From Thermoplasmata archaeon (GTDB taxonomy: Archaea; Thermoplasmatota; Thermoplasmata; Lutacidiplasmatales; UBA184), in contig JAKIVX010000004.1 in assembly GCA_022750335.1 (NCBI GenBank), forward strand, positions 5,162 through 69,161: DNA of 64,000 bases. Reading direction: 5' to 3'. Under the pieces are notes generated by a model, which had not been told where the DNA came from, ran no database searches, and saw nothing but the letters and a program-made list of their open reading frames with translations. Each line of letters starts with the position of its first letter. The stretch's first letter is position 1. The translations under genes and the position numbers were made by a program. This document shows, piece by piece, positions 27,546-38,046 of this stretch.

Positions 27546-28430
27546 GTGGCCGGTCCCGTGCCGCTCCCGAGCGATCTGCCCGTCATTGACCACCACTGTC
27601 ACCTCCACCCGAACGGCGAGGGGGTCGCGGCCGCCCGACGGTTCGCCGCGGCAGGAGGCACCCACCTCGTGCTCGCGACACAGAATTACACCGGGACCAT
27701 CCCACGGTCGATCGAGGAGTACCGGGACCAGTTCGACACGACCTTCCAGCTGGCCCGCGCGATCCGATCCGACACCGGAGTCGAGGTCCGTTGCGTCGTG
27801 GCCCCCTACCCCATCGACCTCGTGCACGCCGCCCCGCTCATCGGGGTGGGCAAAGCCCTCGACCTACAGCGAGCGGCCCTCGACCTCGCCGGACGGTTCG
27901 TGCGCGAGGGGGAAGCGGTCGCTCTCGGCGAGGTCGGGACTCCGCACTTCCCGGTCGAGGAAGAACTCCGCACCGCCTGTGAGAGCGCGCTCGACCACGC
28001 CTTCGAGGTCGCCCGTGACGCCGATTGCCCTGCTGTCGTGCACTCGGCGGATCTGGACTCGGCCGGATACCGCGATCTCGCGGCCCGGGCGGCTCGGGCC
28101 CGACTTGCGCCGGGTCGGGTGGTCAAACACTACGCCCGCTCCCTGGTCCCTCGGCCGGATCGGGCGGGCATCGTGCCTTCCTTCCTCGCCCGCCGAGAGC
28201 TCGTGAACGAAGTGCTCGAGCAGGAAGGACCCTGGTTCCTGGAGACCGATTTCCTGGATGATCCGGCGCGCCCCGGCGCCGTCCTCGACCTCGCGACGGT
28301 CCCTCGCCGAGCCGTCGCGATCTCCGAACGAGGGGCCGAGGCGATCGAGCGCCTGCGGATCCCGTTCGTAGAGTCTTTCAGAACGGTCTACGGGTGGTCC
28401 CCTCAAGTGCCGGAACGGAGGGCTCGATGA
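27546..28430 (+). CDS. TatD-related metal-dependent hydrolase/DNase (archaeal COG1099-like)
   Basis: VIDHHCHLHP, ALGEVGTPHF, AVVHSA and FLETDF. Confidence 0.7.
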   Translation: MAGPVPLPSDLPVIDHHCHLHPNGEGVAAARRFAAAGGTHLVLATQNYTGTIPRSIEEYRDQFDTTFQLARAIRSDTGVEVRCVVAPYPIDLVHAAPLIGVGKALDLQRAALDLAGRFVREGEAVALGEVGTPHFPVEEELRTACESALDHAFEVARDADCPAVVHSADLDSAGYRDLAARAARARLAPGRVVKHYARSLVPRPDRAGIVPSFLARRELVNEVLEQEGPWFLETDFLDDPARPGAVLDLATVPRRAVAISERGAEAIERLRIPFVESFRTVYGWSPQVPERRAR

Positions 28431-29062
28431 AGCGGCGAGCGGTCCTCGTCGCGCTCGAAGGGATCGACGGGGCCGGAAAGACCACCCTCATCCGCCCGCT
28501 CGCCGCGGCCCTCCGCCGAAGGGGTCTACGGGTGATCCTCCGACGCGAACCCACGGACCCCGCGTTGGGGCAGCTCGCCCAGCGGACGAGCGTGCGGGAC
28601 CCGTGGTCCGGAGCGGTGTACTTCATGCTCGACCGTTTTCTCGCGCGACCGGCCCTCGAGCACGACCTCGGGCGTGCGGACGTCGTGATCACCGACCGGT
28701 CCGTTTACTCGACGCTCGCCTACCAAGGAAGCGCGCTCCCGACTGCGGCGCTCCGTCGACTGGAGGAGCTGGCACCACGGGCCACGGTGGTTCCCGACCG
28801 CGTGATCCTCCTCGATCTCTCCCCGAAGGACGCTCTCCGGCGCCTGGGTCGGCGCGGGCGGATCCGAGGGCCCCTCGAGCGACGGCGCACACTGACCCGA
28901 GTCGCCCGCCGGTATCGTCGGCTCGCACGTCAGGGTCGATGGAGGGTGGTCGCTGCGGGTCGCCCGACCCGGGAGCTGGTCGCTTCGATCGTCGCGGACC
29001 TGGTCGAGACAATCCCCCCCTTATCGGCCCACCGTCGCGGGCCGCGGCGACAGCGAACCTGA
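28427..29062 (+). CDS. tmk: thymidylate kinase (copy 1)
   Basis: Starts at MKRRAVLVALEGIDGAGKTT (ATGA overlap with tatD). Also REPTD, ITDRSVYSTLAYQG and VILLDLSP. Confidence 0.85.
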   Translation: MKRRAVLVALEGIDGAGKTTLIRPLAAALRRRGLRVILRREPTDPALGQLAQRTSVRDPWSGAVYFMLDRFLARPALEHDLGRADVVITDRSVYSTLAYQGSALPTAALRRLEELAPRATVVPDRVILLDLSPKDALRRLGRRGRIRGPLERRRTLTRVARRYRRLARQGRWRVVAAGRPTRELVASIVADLVETIPPLSAHRRGPRRQRT

Positions 29063-29088
29063 TATCGGGGACGTTCGTCCCCGCCGCG

Positions 29089-30246
29089 GTGACGACACCC
29101 GCCCGCATCCTGGTCAAGGAGGAAACGCTCGACCCGGCCTACCTGCCACCGCGACTGGTCCGGCGGGAGAAAGAGCTCCAGCTCCTCACGAAACGCTACC
29201 GCGAAGCCCTCGCGAAGGGGCTCGCGTTCCATCTCCTCCTGACGGGAGGTGTCGGCAGCGGGAAGACGGCGCTCGCCCGTCGGCTCGGTACCGACCTCGA
29301 ACGCACCGGTCGGGGGAACGAGCTGCCCGTCCGGGCCGCCTACATCAATTGTTGGCGGCGCGCGAGCGACCGCACCGTCATGCTGGATCTCCTCCGGGCG
29401 GTGGACGTCTCGCTGCCGGACCGCGGGTATAGCTTGTCCGAAATGATGGACGTCTTCGAACAGGGACTCCGCCGTCGACCCCAGCACCTCGTCGTCCTCT
29501 TGGACGAGGCGTCGGCCCTGGTCAAGCAGGAGACCAAGCTCGTCTACCTGCTCTCCCGCTCCCACGAGGTCGAACTCGGGTCGATCTCGCTACTGCTCGT
29601 GGCCGCCGAGGACCTCCTGCCCTACATGGACGCCCCGAGTCGGTCCAGCTTCGGGGTCACCCACCGGCTCTCGCTCGCCCCCTACTCGCGCGAGGACCTC
29701 GGGGAGATCCTCGCCTCACGCGCGGAGATCGCGCTCCGGCCGGGGAGCTTCGACCGCGAAGTGCTGGACCAGATCGCCCGCATCGCGGTCCCCAACGGCG
29801 ACGCGCGCTTCGCGCTCGAGATCCTCGGCGGGGCCGCCCACGTCGCGGAGGACGCGGGGTCGGACGTCCTCCTCGCGGAGCACATCCGCCGCACCAAGGG
29901 TTCGCTCATGCCGACCTTGTCCGAGTCACAGCTCGAGAGCTTGTCGACGAACGAGCTCGGCGTACTCCTCGCCCTCTCCCGTTCGCTCCGGAGCCGCGGC
30001 GCGGCGGTCGCGAGCCAGAAGCTCCGGACCGCGCACACCGCACTTCTCGAGGAGCTGGGGGGGTCACCGATGAGCCGCACGACCTTCTGGCGCACCCTGA
30101 AGGAACTCGAGCGGGACGGTTTGGTCACGCTCGAGGCTGCCGGTACCGGGGAGTCGAGCCGGGTCGCGATGGACGACCTGCCCGCGAGCTACCTCGCGAC
30201 GCTGGTCGAGGAGCGGCTCGGCCGGGGTCGCGCGCGGAAACGCTAA
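29089..30246 (+). CDS. cdc6: Orc1/Cdc6 replication initiator
   Basis: LPPRLVRREKELQLL, Walker A LLTGGVGSGKT, Walker B VVLLDEA, and a C-terminal winged helix (TFWRTLKELERDGLV). Start placed at GTG 29089, just after the tmk stop, so it is approximate. Confidence 0.9.
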   Translation: MTTPARILVKEETLDPAYLPPRLVRREKELQLLTKRYREALAKGLAFHLLLTGGVGSGKTALARRLGTDLERTGRGNELPVRAAYINCWRRASDRTVMLDLLRAVDVSLPDRGYSLSEMMDVFEQGLRRRPQHLVVLLDEASALVKQETKLVYLLSRSHEVELGSISLLLVAAEDLLPYMDAPSRSSFGVTHRLSLAPYSREDLGEILASRAEIALRPGSFDREVLDQIARIAVPNGDARFALEILGGAAHVAEDAGSDVLLAEHIRRTKGSLMPTLSESQLESLSTNELGVLLALSRSLRSRGAAVASQKLRTAHTALLEELGGSPMSRTTFWRTLKELERDGLVTLEAAGTGESSRVAMDDLPASYLATLVEERLGRGRARKR

Positions 30247-30269
30247 GACGAGCGGGGGGTCGGAAGGTC

Positions 30270-31184
30270 GTGGCGACTGCCGAGGCTATGGCCGGGTCCC
30301 CGCCGGGACTCGGACGCCTCCCCGATTGGATCCGCATCCGCCCTCCGCAGGGACCGCGGTATCCCGAGGTTCGGGGCTTGCTCGAGGGTCTTCGCCTAGA
30401 GACCGTCTGCCGGGAGGCCCATTGCCCGAACTTACCCGAATGCTGGTCCGCTGGGACCGCCACCCTCATGCTGCTCGGTACCGACTGCACCCGACGGTGC
30501 GGGTTCTGTGCCGTGACGACCCGCTGGCCTCGAGGGGTCGTGGATGTGAGCGAACCCGAACGCGTGGCGACGGCGGTCGAGAAGTGGGGCCTGCGCTACG
30601 TGGTCCTCACGCAGGTCTGCCGGGACGACCTCCCGGACGGAGGCGCCTCCGTGCTCCGGGAGACCGTCGAGCGGATCCGAGCTGCCGCTCCGGCGACCAA
30701 GGTGGAGCTCCTTTCCGGCGACCTGGGAGGGTCGGAGGAAGCGTTGCGGGACCTCCTGGTCCATCCCCCGAACGTCTTCGCCCACAACATCGAGACCGTC
30801 CGGTCCGTTTCCCCGCACGTCCGCGACCCACGGGCCAGCTACGATCGCTCGCTCCGTGTCCTCCGTCATGCGCGCTCGGTCGGAGGGGACCGGCTCGTCA
30901 CCAAGTCCTCGATCATGCTCGGTCTCGGTGAAGAGCCGGCCGAGGTGGAGTCGACGCTCCGGGACCTGCGCGCCGCGGGGGTGGACCTCCTCACCTTCGG
31001 GCAGTACCTCTCGCCCGGTGCCCACCACCGTCCGGTGGCCCGGTTCGTCCCCCCCTCCGAATTCGCGAGCTGGAAGGAGCGCGCCCTCGAACTCGGGTTT
31101 GCGGGAGTGGAGTCCGGCCCGCTCGTTCGATCTTCGTACCACGCGGAGGAACTGTTCGACCGGGCGGCCGCTCGGAGGACGTAG
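30270..31184 (+). CDS. lipA: lipoyl synthase
   Basis: The CREAHCPNLPECW and CTRRCGFCAV clusters plus SIMLGLGE. Confidence 0.95.
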   Translation: MATAEAMAGSPPGLGRLPDWIRIRPPQGPRYPEVRGLLEGLRLETVCREAHCPNLPECWSAGTATLMLLGTDCTRRCGFCAVTTRWPRGVVDVSEPERVATAVEKWGLRYVVLTQVCRDDLPDGGASVLRETVERIRAAAPATKVELLSGDLGGSEEALRDLLVHPPNVFAHNIETVRSVSPHVRDPRASYDRSLRVLRHARSVGGDRLVTKSSIMLGLGEEPAEVESTLRDLRAAGVDLLTFGQYLSPGAHHRPVARFVPPSEFASWKERALELGFAGVESGPLVRSSYHAEELFDRAAARRT

Positions 31185-31186
31185 CG

Positions 31187-31552
31187 ATGGCGAAGAAGGC
31201 CCGTAAGAAGCTCGAAGAGGATTCGTTGCCCGCCTTCGAGTTCCCGGAGTTCGACGCCCCCGGGTTCCTCTGGAAGGAGTTTGAGCTCATGGGGGCGACC
31301 GGCCTCGCCGGGCTGTTCGCGATCCTCCTCGGGGTCATGGGCTGGCTCTGTACAGCGGCCGGCCTGAACGGCTTCATTCCCCTCGGGATCGGGCTCGCCG
31401 GGCTGGTCGGGAGCGTCTTCCTGATCCAGCGGATACGACCCAAATCGAGTGCCTACACGAAAGGAGATTGGGCCGGGCTCATCGCGCTCGAGTTCTTCGG
31501 CTGGATGGCGGTCTGGTTCCTCTTGCTGAACGTCCTGCCGGGCGGCCTCTAG
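31187..31552 (+). CDS. small membrane protein (3 TM), hypothetical
   Basis: 121 aa with a basic N-terminus (MAKKARKKLEED) and three hydrophobic helices, 2 nt after lipA. Confidence 0.55.
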   Translation: MAKKARKKLEEDSLPAFEFPEFDAPGFLWKEFELMGATGLAGLFAILLGVMGWLCTAAGLNGFIPLGIGLAGLVGSVFLIQRIRPKSSAYTKGDWAGLIALEFFGWMAVWFLLLNVLPGGL

Positions 31553-31553
31553 G

Positions 31554-32966
31554 TCACCGCGGACCGAGCCAGGGCAGTCGCCGGCCGAGGAGTTCTCGGA
31601 GCGCCTCCGAAAGGGCCGGGCCGTCCGTTTCGGAGGTCAGGGGTCGTACCGTAACCTGGCCCGGTTCCTCGGGAGTCAGGTCGCGCCCGAGGGAGAGTCG
31701 TGGGAGGACCGCGCGCACGACCGACTCGACGTCACGGTCCTTCCGTCGCGTGTCGACCCCGAGGCTCCCGTCCGCACGGACATACGGGCCCTGGAGGACG
31801 GGGGCGTCCGGAGCGACCCACTTATCCAGGAACTGGCCGACCCGATCGAGACCCGCGGGGGGGCCGTCTTGCGCCCGAACGGCCGGCCGGTGGGAGTGCC
31901 CTACCTCGACTGCGACCAGCACGCGCTCCGGTTCGACCGCCGACGACGACCCGATCACCTCGAACCCCGACCGCGCGACCTCCTCGGCGATCGCGCGCTC
32001 GGCTTTCCGGACCTGGGGGTAAAGCGTGTCGTCGACGAGGTCCGGGCGTGGCAGGGAAACGACCGTAACGTGCGTTCCCCGCTCGTGGGTGCGCGCGAGG
32101 GCTTCCTCTCGCGAGAACGGGGCCGCCGTGTGAACCTCGAACCACCGATCCGCCGGCTGGTCGAGGTAGGCCCCGGCAGCGAGGATCAGTAGGGCCAGGT
32201 TTCGCCGGGAGAGGGCGCTCGCGACGTTCCGGTGGGAGTCCACCGGATCGGCCAGGATGAGCGCGACCTCCGCGGGAAGGCGCGGCGGGTCTCGTGCGGG
32301 CTCCTCGATCCGAACCGGTATCCGCCAACTGCGGGCGGCTCGGAGGAGTCCCTGGAGGGACCCGAAGCGCAGGACCATGAGCTCGACGAGGTAGCCCGAA
32401 CACCCCTCGGTGCGCGATTCCGATCCATAGACCCCGAGCGCCCGGAAGAACTGCTTCGCGAGTCGGACCTGGGCGACCAGCTCAGGCGTCTCGCGTGCGG
32501 CGAGATACTCCTGGTGGAACGGAGTACGATCGACCGGTGAGAGGGGCTGCGACGGGTCGGTGATTGCGAATCCGGGCACGGCGTCCACGTTGAAACCGTC
32601 GAAACGACCCCGCAGGTACGGGTGCTCCGCGTACCGGGTCTCCGTCTCGGTCAGGACCGAATTCCCGAGCGCCAGACCCTCTTCGCGGAGTCGCTCCCGT
32701 GAGAGGTCGGGCGGGAAGAGGAGAAACAGGTCGACGTCGAGTCGATCGGAGAGGTACGTTCCCCGCGCCGCGCTGCCGGCCACCAGCGCCCGCACGAGAG
32801 GGCTCGCTCGTTCCTGCGCGACCGCTCGGACGCGCTCGACGAGCGCGAGGCGGACTCGGGCCACTCGCTCCTGCATCTCGGGAGTGGGGGCGATCTGGGC
32901 GGAGACCTGGGCTTCGAGCCGGTCGGCCTCCGGATTCGACGCGGCCGGGCGGGAGGAGCCCTTCAC
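31554..32966 (-). CDS. cca: CCA-adding enzyme (archaeal class I tRNA nucleotidyltransferase)
   Basis: VAGSAARGTYLSDRLDVDLFLLFP, YAEHPYLRG, DRTPFH and GVYGSESRTEGCSGYL. Start at GTG 32966 (alternative ATG 32876). Confidence 0.9.
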   Translation of the reverse strand: MKGSSRPAASNPEADRLEAQVSAQIAPTPEMQERVARVRLALVERVRAVAQERASPLVRALVAGSAARGTYLSDRLDVDLFLLFPPDLSRERLREEGLALGNSVLTETETRYAEHPYLRGRFDGFNVDAVPGFAITDPSQPLSPVDRTPFHQEYLAARETPELVAQVRLAKQFFRALGVYGSESRTEGCSGYLVELMVLRFGSLQGLLRAARSWRIPVRIEEPARDPPRLPAEVALILADPVDSHRNVASALSRRNLALLILAAGAYLDQPADRWFEVHTAAPFSREEALARTHERGTHVTVVSLPRPDLVDDTLYPQVRKAERAIAEEVARSGFEVIGSSSAVEPERVLVAVEVGHSHRPAVRAQDGPPAGLDRVGQFLDKWVAPDAPVLQGPYVRADGSLGVDTRRKDRDVESVVRAVLPRLSLGRDLTPEEPGQVTVRPLTSETDGPALSEALRELLGRRLPWLGPR

Positions 32967-33078
32967 ACGCGCCCGAGCCCGTACCGGGGGATGAACCTTC
33001 GGCTGGAGGTCGGGGCGAGATGACGGCACCGTTATCGGATAATTCGTCCTAGGAAGGGCGGAGGATGACACCGGCCGA

Positions 33079-34134
33079 ATGGCGCATCCCGCCGTCCTGT
33101 TTCGCGCGTTGGCCGGAGAGAAGGTCCAGTGCACCGCCTGCGCCCGATACTGCACCATTCCCGCGGGATCGCACGGCTTTTGCTTCGTTCGGAAGAACGT
33201 GGCGGGGCACCTCGAACTCCTCTCCTACGGGCGAGCGGCGGCCGTCCAGGTCGACCCGGTCGAGAAAAAGCCGCTCTCGCACTTCCACCCCGGGACCCGG
33301 GTCTATTCGATCGGCACCGTCGGCTGCAACTGGCGATGCCTGTACTGCCAGAATGCGGAGATCTCGCAAGAGAAGGAGATCGTCGGACGGCCCCTCTCGC
33401 CGCAGCAGGCCGTGGCGGGAGCCCTCCGGTACGGGTGCTCGGGCGTCACCTTCACGTACAACGAACCGACCATCTTCATCGAGTACGCGCTGGACGTGAT
33501 CCGGGAGGCCCGGGCCGCGGGACTCTATGCCAACTTCGTCACGAACGGCTACATGACCCCCGAGGCGACGGAGTTGCTCGGCCCGCACCTCTCGGCGATC
33601 AGCGTCGATTTCAAGGGCAGCGGGGAGCCCGGGTTCCTGCGGAAGTACGTCTCGGCGAAAGGACCCGAACCGATCTGGTCCACGATGGCCGACCTTCACC
33701 GCCGTGGGGTCCACGTCGAGGTCACCGACCTCATCGTCCCCGACGTGGGCGAGTCGGTGGAAGCGACCCGGCTTCTCGCCCGGCGGGTCCGGGACGACCT
33801 CGGAGCGTCGACCCCCTTCCACCTCCTGCGGTTCCATCCCGACTACAAGATGATGGATGTCCCCGAGACGCCGGTCCGCACCCTCGAAAAGCTGCACGCC
33901 GTCGTCAAAGCCGAGGGACTCGAGTACGTCTACCTCGGGAACGTCTGGGGGCATCCGCTCGAGCACACGTATTGCCCCGCCTGCGGCGCGATCGCGGTGC
34001 GGCGCTACGGGTTCACGATCCAGGCCTGGAACCTCGACGCACAGAACCGGTGCCGCGCGTGCGGCCACGCGATCCCGATCGTCGGTCGCCCGCCGCCCGA
34101 GTACGTACCGAGCTTCGCAACCCCCGTCGCGTGA
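33079..34134 (+). CDS. AmmeMemoRadiSam system radical SAM enzyme
   Basis: VQCTACARYCTIPAGSHGFCFVRKN, VDPVEKKPLSHF and CNWRCLYCQNAEISQ, plus a C-terminal CPACG..CRACGH ribbon. Confidence 0.85.
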   Translation: MAHPAVLFRALAGEKVQCTACARYCTIPAGSHGFCFVRKNVAGHLELLSYGRAAAVQVDPVEKKPLSHFHPGTRVYSIGTVGCNWRCLYCQNAEISQEKEIVGRPLSPQQAVAGALRYGCSGVTFTYNEPTIFIEYALDVIREARAAGLYANFVTNGYMTPEATELLGPHLSAISVDFKGSGEPGFLRKYVSAKGPEPIWSTMADLHRRGVHVEVTDLIVPDVGESVEATRLLARRVRDDLGASTPFHLLRFHPDYKMMDVPETPVRTLEKLHAVVKAEGLEYVYLGNVWGHPLEHTYCPACGAIAVRRYGFTIQAWNLDAQNRCRACGHAIPIVGRPPPEYVPSFATPVA

Positions 34135-34921
34135 GCCGCCCGAGCGCCTCGGGCGAGACCGGCACCCGCATCGCCTCGGCGACGAGGTGGAGCGGGATCT
34201 CGAGCATGAAGGGGCCCTGCTCGCTCTTCCGGATCGCCTCCGCCTGCGGCATCGGCTCCTCGAGTCGGGTCACCACCATCCCGGCCGAGCGCAGGTAGCC
34301 CACGTACGTCGGTAGGGGACGGTGGTACGACCGGGTGTACGCCACCTCGCTCTCGGAGATCTTCCACGGGATCCGGACGGGGTGCTCTTCCCGGTAACCG
34401 GCGACGCTCCGATAGACGGTCGCGCGATACGGAACTCGTTCCACGACCCATTTGGAACGGAGGTCGACGTCGAAGCACGGGTGACTGATGGAGAAAACGA
34501 AGCGTCCGCTCGGGCGCAAGACCCGCCCCACCTCGAGTATCGTGTTCTTGGCATCGCGGATGTCCATGAGCGACATGTGGGCGACGACCAGGTCGAAGCG
34601 TCCCGATTCGAGCGACGTCAGGTGGGCGGCGTCCTGCCGGAGGAACCGGGCGCCCGACCTACGCCGTGTCTCGCGACGTCGGGCGATTCGAAGGTTCGCC
34701 TCCGTTGCGTCGACCCCGAGGGATTCGGCCGCCCCCTCGCTTGCCCACCTCCGAGTCAGGTAGCCGTTCCCGCATCCGAGGTCGAGCACGTGCAGGCCCC
34801 GGACCTTTCCCACGACCGCGAGGAGGCTCGGGTCGAGGATCGCGCGGTGCCACAGGTCCCCGTCCTCGCCCATGCGGACGTCACGCCATGCGGCGAGGGC
34901 GCTCCACCCTTCCTTCACCAT
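34013..34921 (-). CDS. class I SAM-dependent methyltransferase
   Basis: Starts at MVKEGWSALAAW (ATG 34921). Motif I VLDLGCGNGYLT. The Arg-rich last ~40 codons are antisense to the radical SAM gene 3' end. Confidence 0.75.
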   Translation of the reverse strand: MVKEGWSALAAWRDVRMGEDGDLWHRAILDPSLLAVVGKVRGLHVLDLGCGNGYLTRRWASEGAAESLGVDATEANLRIARRRETRRRSGARFLRQDAAHLTSLESGRFDLVVAHMSLMDIRDAKNTILEVGRVLRPSGRFVFSISHPCFDVDLRSKWVVERVPYRATVYRSVAGYREEHPVRIPWKISESEVAYTRSYHRPLPTYVGYLRSAGMVVTRLEEPMPQAEAIRKSEQGPFMLEIPLHLVAEAMRVPVSPEALGRLTRRGLRSSVRTRAAGDRRSGSRGRTRGTGSVRRGSRPGS

Positions 34922-35093
34922 GCTGCCCCCGAGGGGGCAGAGGGGAGATATCACCCCGGCTCCGGTCGGCGGGGTTTGGCCCGGACCTTCGTGCGGCCCG
35001 GGCCGGACCAACGGTCCCTCTCCCGTCCGATCGGCAGTTCCACCGCTCCGACCATCGACCTTAATCCTCGAAAATAATCAACGGGAACCGAGG

Positions 35094-35834
35094 ATGAACG
35101 CGGAGCAACGCCCGGACGAGTCCGCGAGCCGCACCCCCGTGGGCCGTAGCCACGGGCGTCGGCTCTACTGGGTCGTCATGGGCGCGATCGGCCTGTATGC
35201 CGTGCTGGACGTCATCGCCCAGCTCCTCCCCCCGCATTACAGCCCTGTGACTCAGGCCGAGAGCGACCTCGCGGTCGGCCCGTACGGATATTTGATGGCC
35301 GTCAATTTCGTCAATCGCGGGGTCCTCTCCGTCGTGTTCCTGTACGCGCTGGTCCGGACCGTAGGGGCCGAGACTCGGGGTTGGCGACCGTTTCGGAGCG
35401 GGGTCGCCTTCCTCAGCATCTGGGCCGGCGGCTCGGTGGTACTAGCCATCTTCCCGACCGATGTGCCCAACCTTCCCCTGACGGGTCATGGTGCCGTCCA
35501 CCTCGTGGTTGCACTGTTGGTGTTCTTCGGTGGGGCGGTCGGCGTCTTTGCCCTCGCCGACCACTTCGGGGAGAGCGACATTCTCCGCCCCGCGAAGCCG
35601 TACGCGATGGCCTTGTCGATCTTGGTGCTCATCTTCTTCGTCCTCGAACTGGGCGTCGGCTTCGTCGCTCCTCGATTCGGGGCGAGCGTGGCCGGGGTTA
35701 CTGAACGTCTGTTCCTCGGCTCGGTCCTGGCGTGGATCTTCCTCGTGAGCTGGTATCTGGCCCGACAGCCCGGGCCCGGATCGCCGACGACCGCCGGGTC
35801 GGCTCCGGCCGAGCCGATCTCGGCAGCACGCTAG
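35094..35834 (+). CDS. DUF998-like integral membrane protein
   Basis: Starts at MNAEQRPDES. It has six or seven hydrophobic helices and an AT-rich ttaatcctcgaaaataatc upstream. Confidence 0.6.
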   Translation: MNAEQRPDESASRTPVGRSHGRRLYWVVMGAIGLYAVLDVIAQLLPPHYSPVTQAESDLAVGPYGYLMAVNFVNRGVLSVVFLYALVRTVGAETRGWRPFRSGVAFLSIWAGGSVVLAIFPTDVPNLPLTGHGAVHLVVALLVFFGGAVGVFALADHFGESDILRPAKPYAMALSILVLIFFVLELGVGFVAPRFGASVAGVTERLFLGSVLAWIFLVSWYLARQPGPGSPTTAGSAPAEPISAAR

Positions 35835-36030
35835 CGGGGCCCCCGGGAGAGGTACGCCTTCTCCCACGGCCGGGTCATGAACCTGTCGGGTGGGCTTTTA
35901 CCCGCCGCGCCCTGCGGGGGTCCGGAGGACCCGGATCGAGCGCGCGGAGTGACCAAACGCTGGGAGGCACACCCAGTCCCGACCGCGTTGGCCCACTTCG
36001 CTCTCTTGCGCACGGGTTCGACCCACCAGC

Positions 36031-38046
36031 ATGACCGACCTCGATACGACGTGCATCAACACCTTGCGGTTCCTCGCCGTCGATGCGGTCGAGACCGCAA
36101 AATCCGGCCACCCCGGACTGCCGCTCGGAGCGGCTCCGATGGCGTACGTACTGTGGGACCGGTTCCTCCACCACAATCCGGCCGACCCCGCCTGGTCCAA
36201 TCGAGACCGATTCGTCCTCTCGGCCGGGCACGGCTCGGCGCTCCTCTACGCCCTCCTCCACACGACCGGGTACGACCTCCCGGTCGATGAATTGAAGCGA
36301 TTCCGTCAGTGGGGAAGCCGGACTCCGGGTCATCCGGAGCACGGACTTACTCCCGGGGTGGAAGCGACGACCGGCCCGCTCGGCCAGGGGTTCGCGATGG
36401 GCGTCGGGATGGCGATCGCCGAGCGCCACCTCGCTTCCGTCTTCAACCGGGACGGATTCCCTCTCGTCGACCACTTCACGTACGGCATCGTCTCGGACGG
36501 GGATCTCATGGAGGGTATTGCCTCCGAGGCGGCTTCGCTCGCAGGCACGCTCGGTCTCGGCAAGCTGGTCTATCTGTACGACGACAACCACATTTCTCTC
36601 GAGGGCCCGACCGAATGGGCGTTCACGGAGAGCGTGCCGGACCGGTTCGCCGCCTACGGCTGGCAGGTCCTGACGGTACCCGACGGCAACGACCTCGCGG
36701 CTATCGACGTTGCCCTCCGGGCGGCCCGGTCCGACCTGCGACGCCCCTCCCTCATCTGCGTGCGCACCCACATCGGCTACGGGAGCCCGGTCCAGGACAC
36801 GCGCGAAGCGCACGGCGAAGCACTCGGCCCGGTCAACCTGAGGGCCACCAAAGAAAAGCTCGGGTGGCCCCTCGCACCGACCTTCCTCGTTCCCGAGGAA
36901 GCCCGCCGACATTTGCTCGAGGCCCGGGACCGCGGAGCTACCTGGCAGCGCGAGTGGGACGTCCTGCGAACGCGCTTCGCGTCCGCGCACCCGGAAGAAG
37001 TGCGCACGTTCGATGGCCAGATCTCGGGACAGTTGCCCGACGGCTGGGACTCCGGCCTGCCGGTCTTCCCGCCGAGCTCCGGTCCGATGGCGACCCGGGA
37101 CGCTTCCCAGAAGATCCTGGAATCGTTCGTCGGCCGATTCCCGGCGTTGCTCGGGGGCGCGGCCGATCTCTCGCCGTCGACCAAGACCCTCCTGCCGGGT
37201 TCGCCCGACTACTCGGCCGTGGACGGGGTCGGGCGGAATTTCCATTTTGGAGTCCGCGAGCACGCCATGTCCGCGATCCTGAACGGCATGGCGCTCCATG
37301 GGGGGCTCGTGCCGTACGGAGGCACCTTCCTCACGTTCTCCGATTATGCACGGGGCGCCCTCCGTCTGGCCGCCCTGCAGCAAACCCACACCATCTTCGT
37401 CTACACGCACGACAGTATCGGGATGGGCGAGGATGGGCCCACGCATCAACCCGTCGAGCAGTTGGTGAGCCTCCGCGCGATCCCGGGATTCACCGTCCTT
37501 CGACCCGCGGACGCAAACGAGACCGCGGCCGCGTGGCGCGTCGCGGTGCTACGGAAGGGACCGACGGCCCTCGTGTTCAGCCGGCAGAAGCTCCCGGTCC
37601 TCGACCCGGCCACGCACCCCATCGCGGCCGGCGTTCCTCGGGGGGCGTACGTCCTCTCCGAGGCGCACGGAGGGACCCCGGAAGTCATTCTGCTAGCGAC
37701 TGGTTCCGAGGTCTCCCTCGCTCTCGAATCGCAGACTCAGCTCGCCCGAGACGGGATCGCGGCGCGCGTTGTGTCGTTCCCGAGTTGGCGACTGTTCGAT
37801 GAGCAGCCGACCTCCTACCAGGAGTCGGTACTCCCCACCGGCATCCCGAAGTTGTCGGTCGAAGCGGGAGTGACGCTCGGATGGTCCCAGTATGTCGGGG
37901 CCGAGGGCGCGTCCATCGGGGTGGACCGCTTCGGGGCGTCGGCGCCCGGACCGGTCGTGCAACGGGAGCTCGGCCTCACCGTCGACCATGTCGTCGAGGT
38001 CGCCCGACGTCTGGTGCATTCCCCCACGACCGGGAGGACCCCGTGA
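36031..38046 (+). CDS. tkt: transketolase (single-polypeptide, full length)
   Basis: 671 aa with [43 protein letters not shown], the TPP motif GDLMEGI, and [15 protein letters not shown]. Confidence 0.97.
   Translation: MTDLDTTCINTLRFLAVDAVETAKSGHPGLPLGAAPMAYVLWDRFLHHNPADPAWSNRDRFVLSAGHGSALLYALLHTTGYDLPVDELKRFRQWGSRTPGHPEHGLTPGVEATTGPLGQGFAMGVGMAIAERHLASVFNRDGFPLVDHFTYGIVSDGDLMEGIASEAASLAGTLGLGKLVYLYDDNHISLEGPTEWAFTESVPDRFAAYGWQVLTVPDGNDLAAIDVALRAARSDLRRPSLICVRTHIGYGSPVQDTREAHGEALGPVNLRATKEKLGWPLAPTFLVPEEARRHLLEARDRGATWQREWDVLRTRFASAHPEEVRTFDGQISGQLPDGWDSGLPVFPPSSGPMATRDASQKILESFVGRFPALLGGAADLSPSTKTLLPGSPDYSAVDGVGRNFHFGVREHAMSAILNGMALHGGLVPYGGTFLTFSDYARGALRLAALQQTHTIFVYTHDSIGMGEDGPTHQPVEQLVSLRAIPGFTVLRPADANETAAAWRVAVLRKGPTALVFSRQKLPVLDPATHPIAAGVPRGAYVLSEAHGGTPEVILLATGSEVSLALESQTQLARDGIAARVVSFPSWRLFDEQPTSYQESVLPTGIPKLSVEAGVTLGWSQYVGAEGASIGVDRFGASAPGPVVQRELGLTVDHVVEVARRLVHSPTTGRTP

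Noticed and set aside
35875-37449. 524-aa minus-strand ORF antisense to transketolase; also 38052-39767 (571 aa) antisense to tal-pgi and 50825-52576 (583 aa) antisense to gltX
   Set aside because: All lie exactly opposite genes with unmistakable catalytic motifs, and their translations are R/G/P/D-rich without motifs. They are high-GC shadow ORFs.
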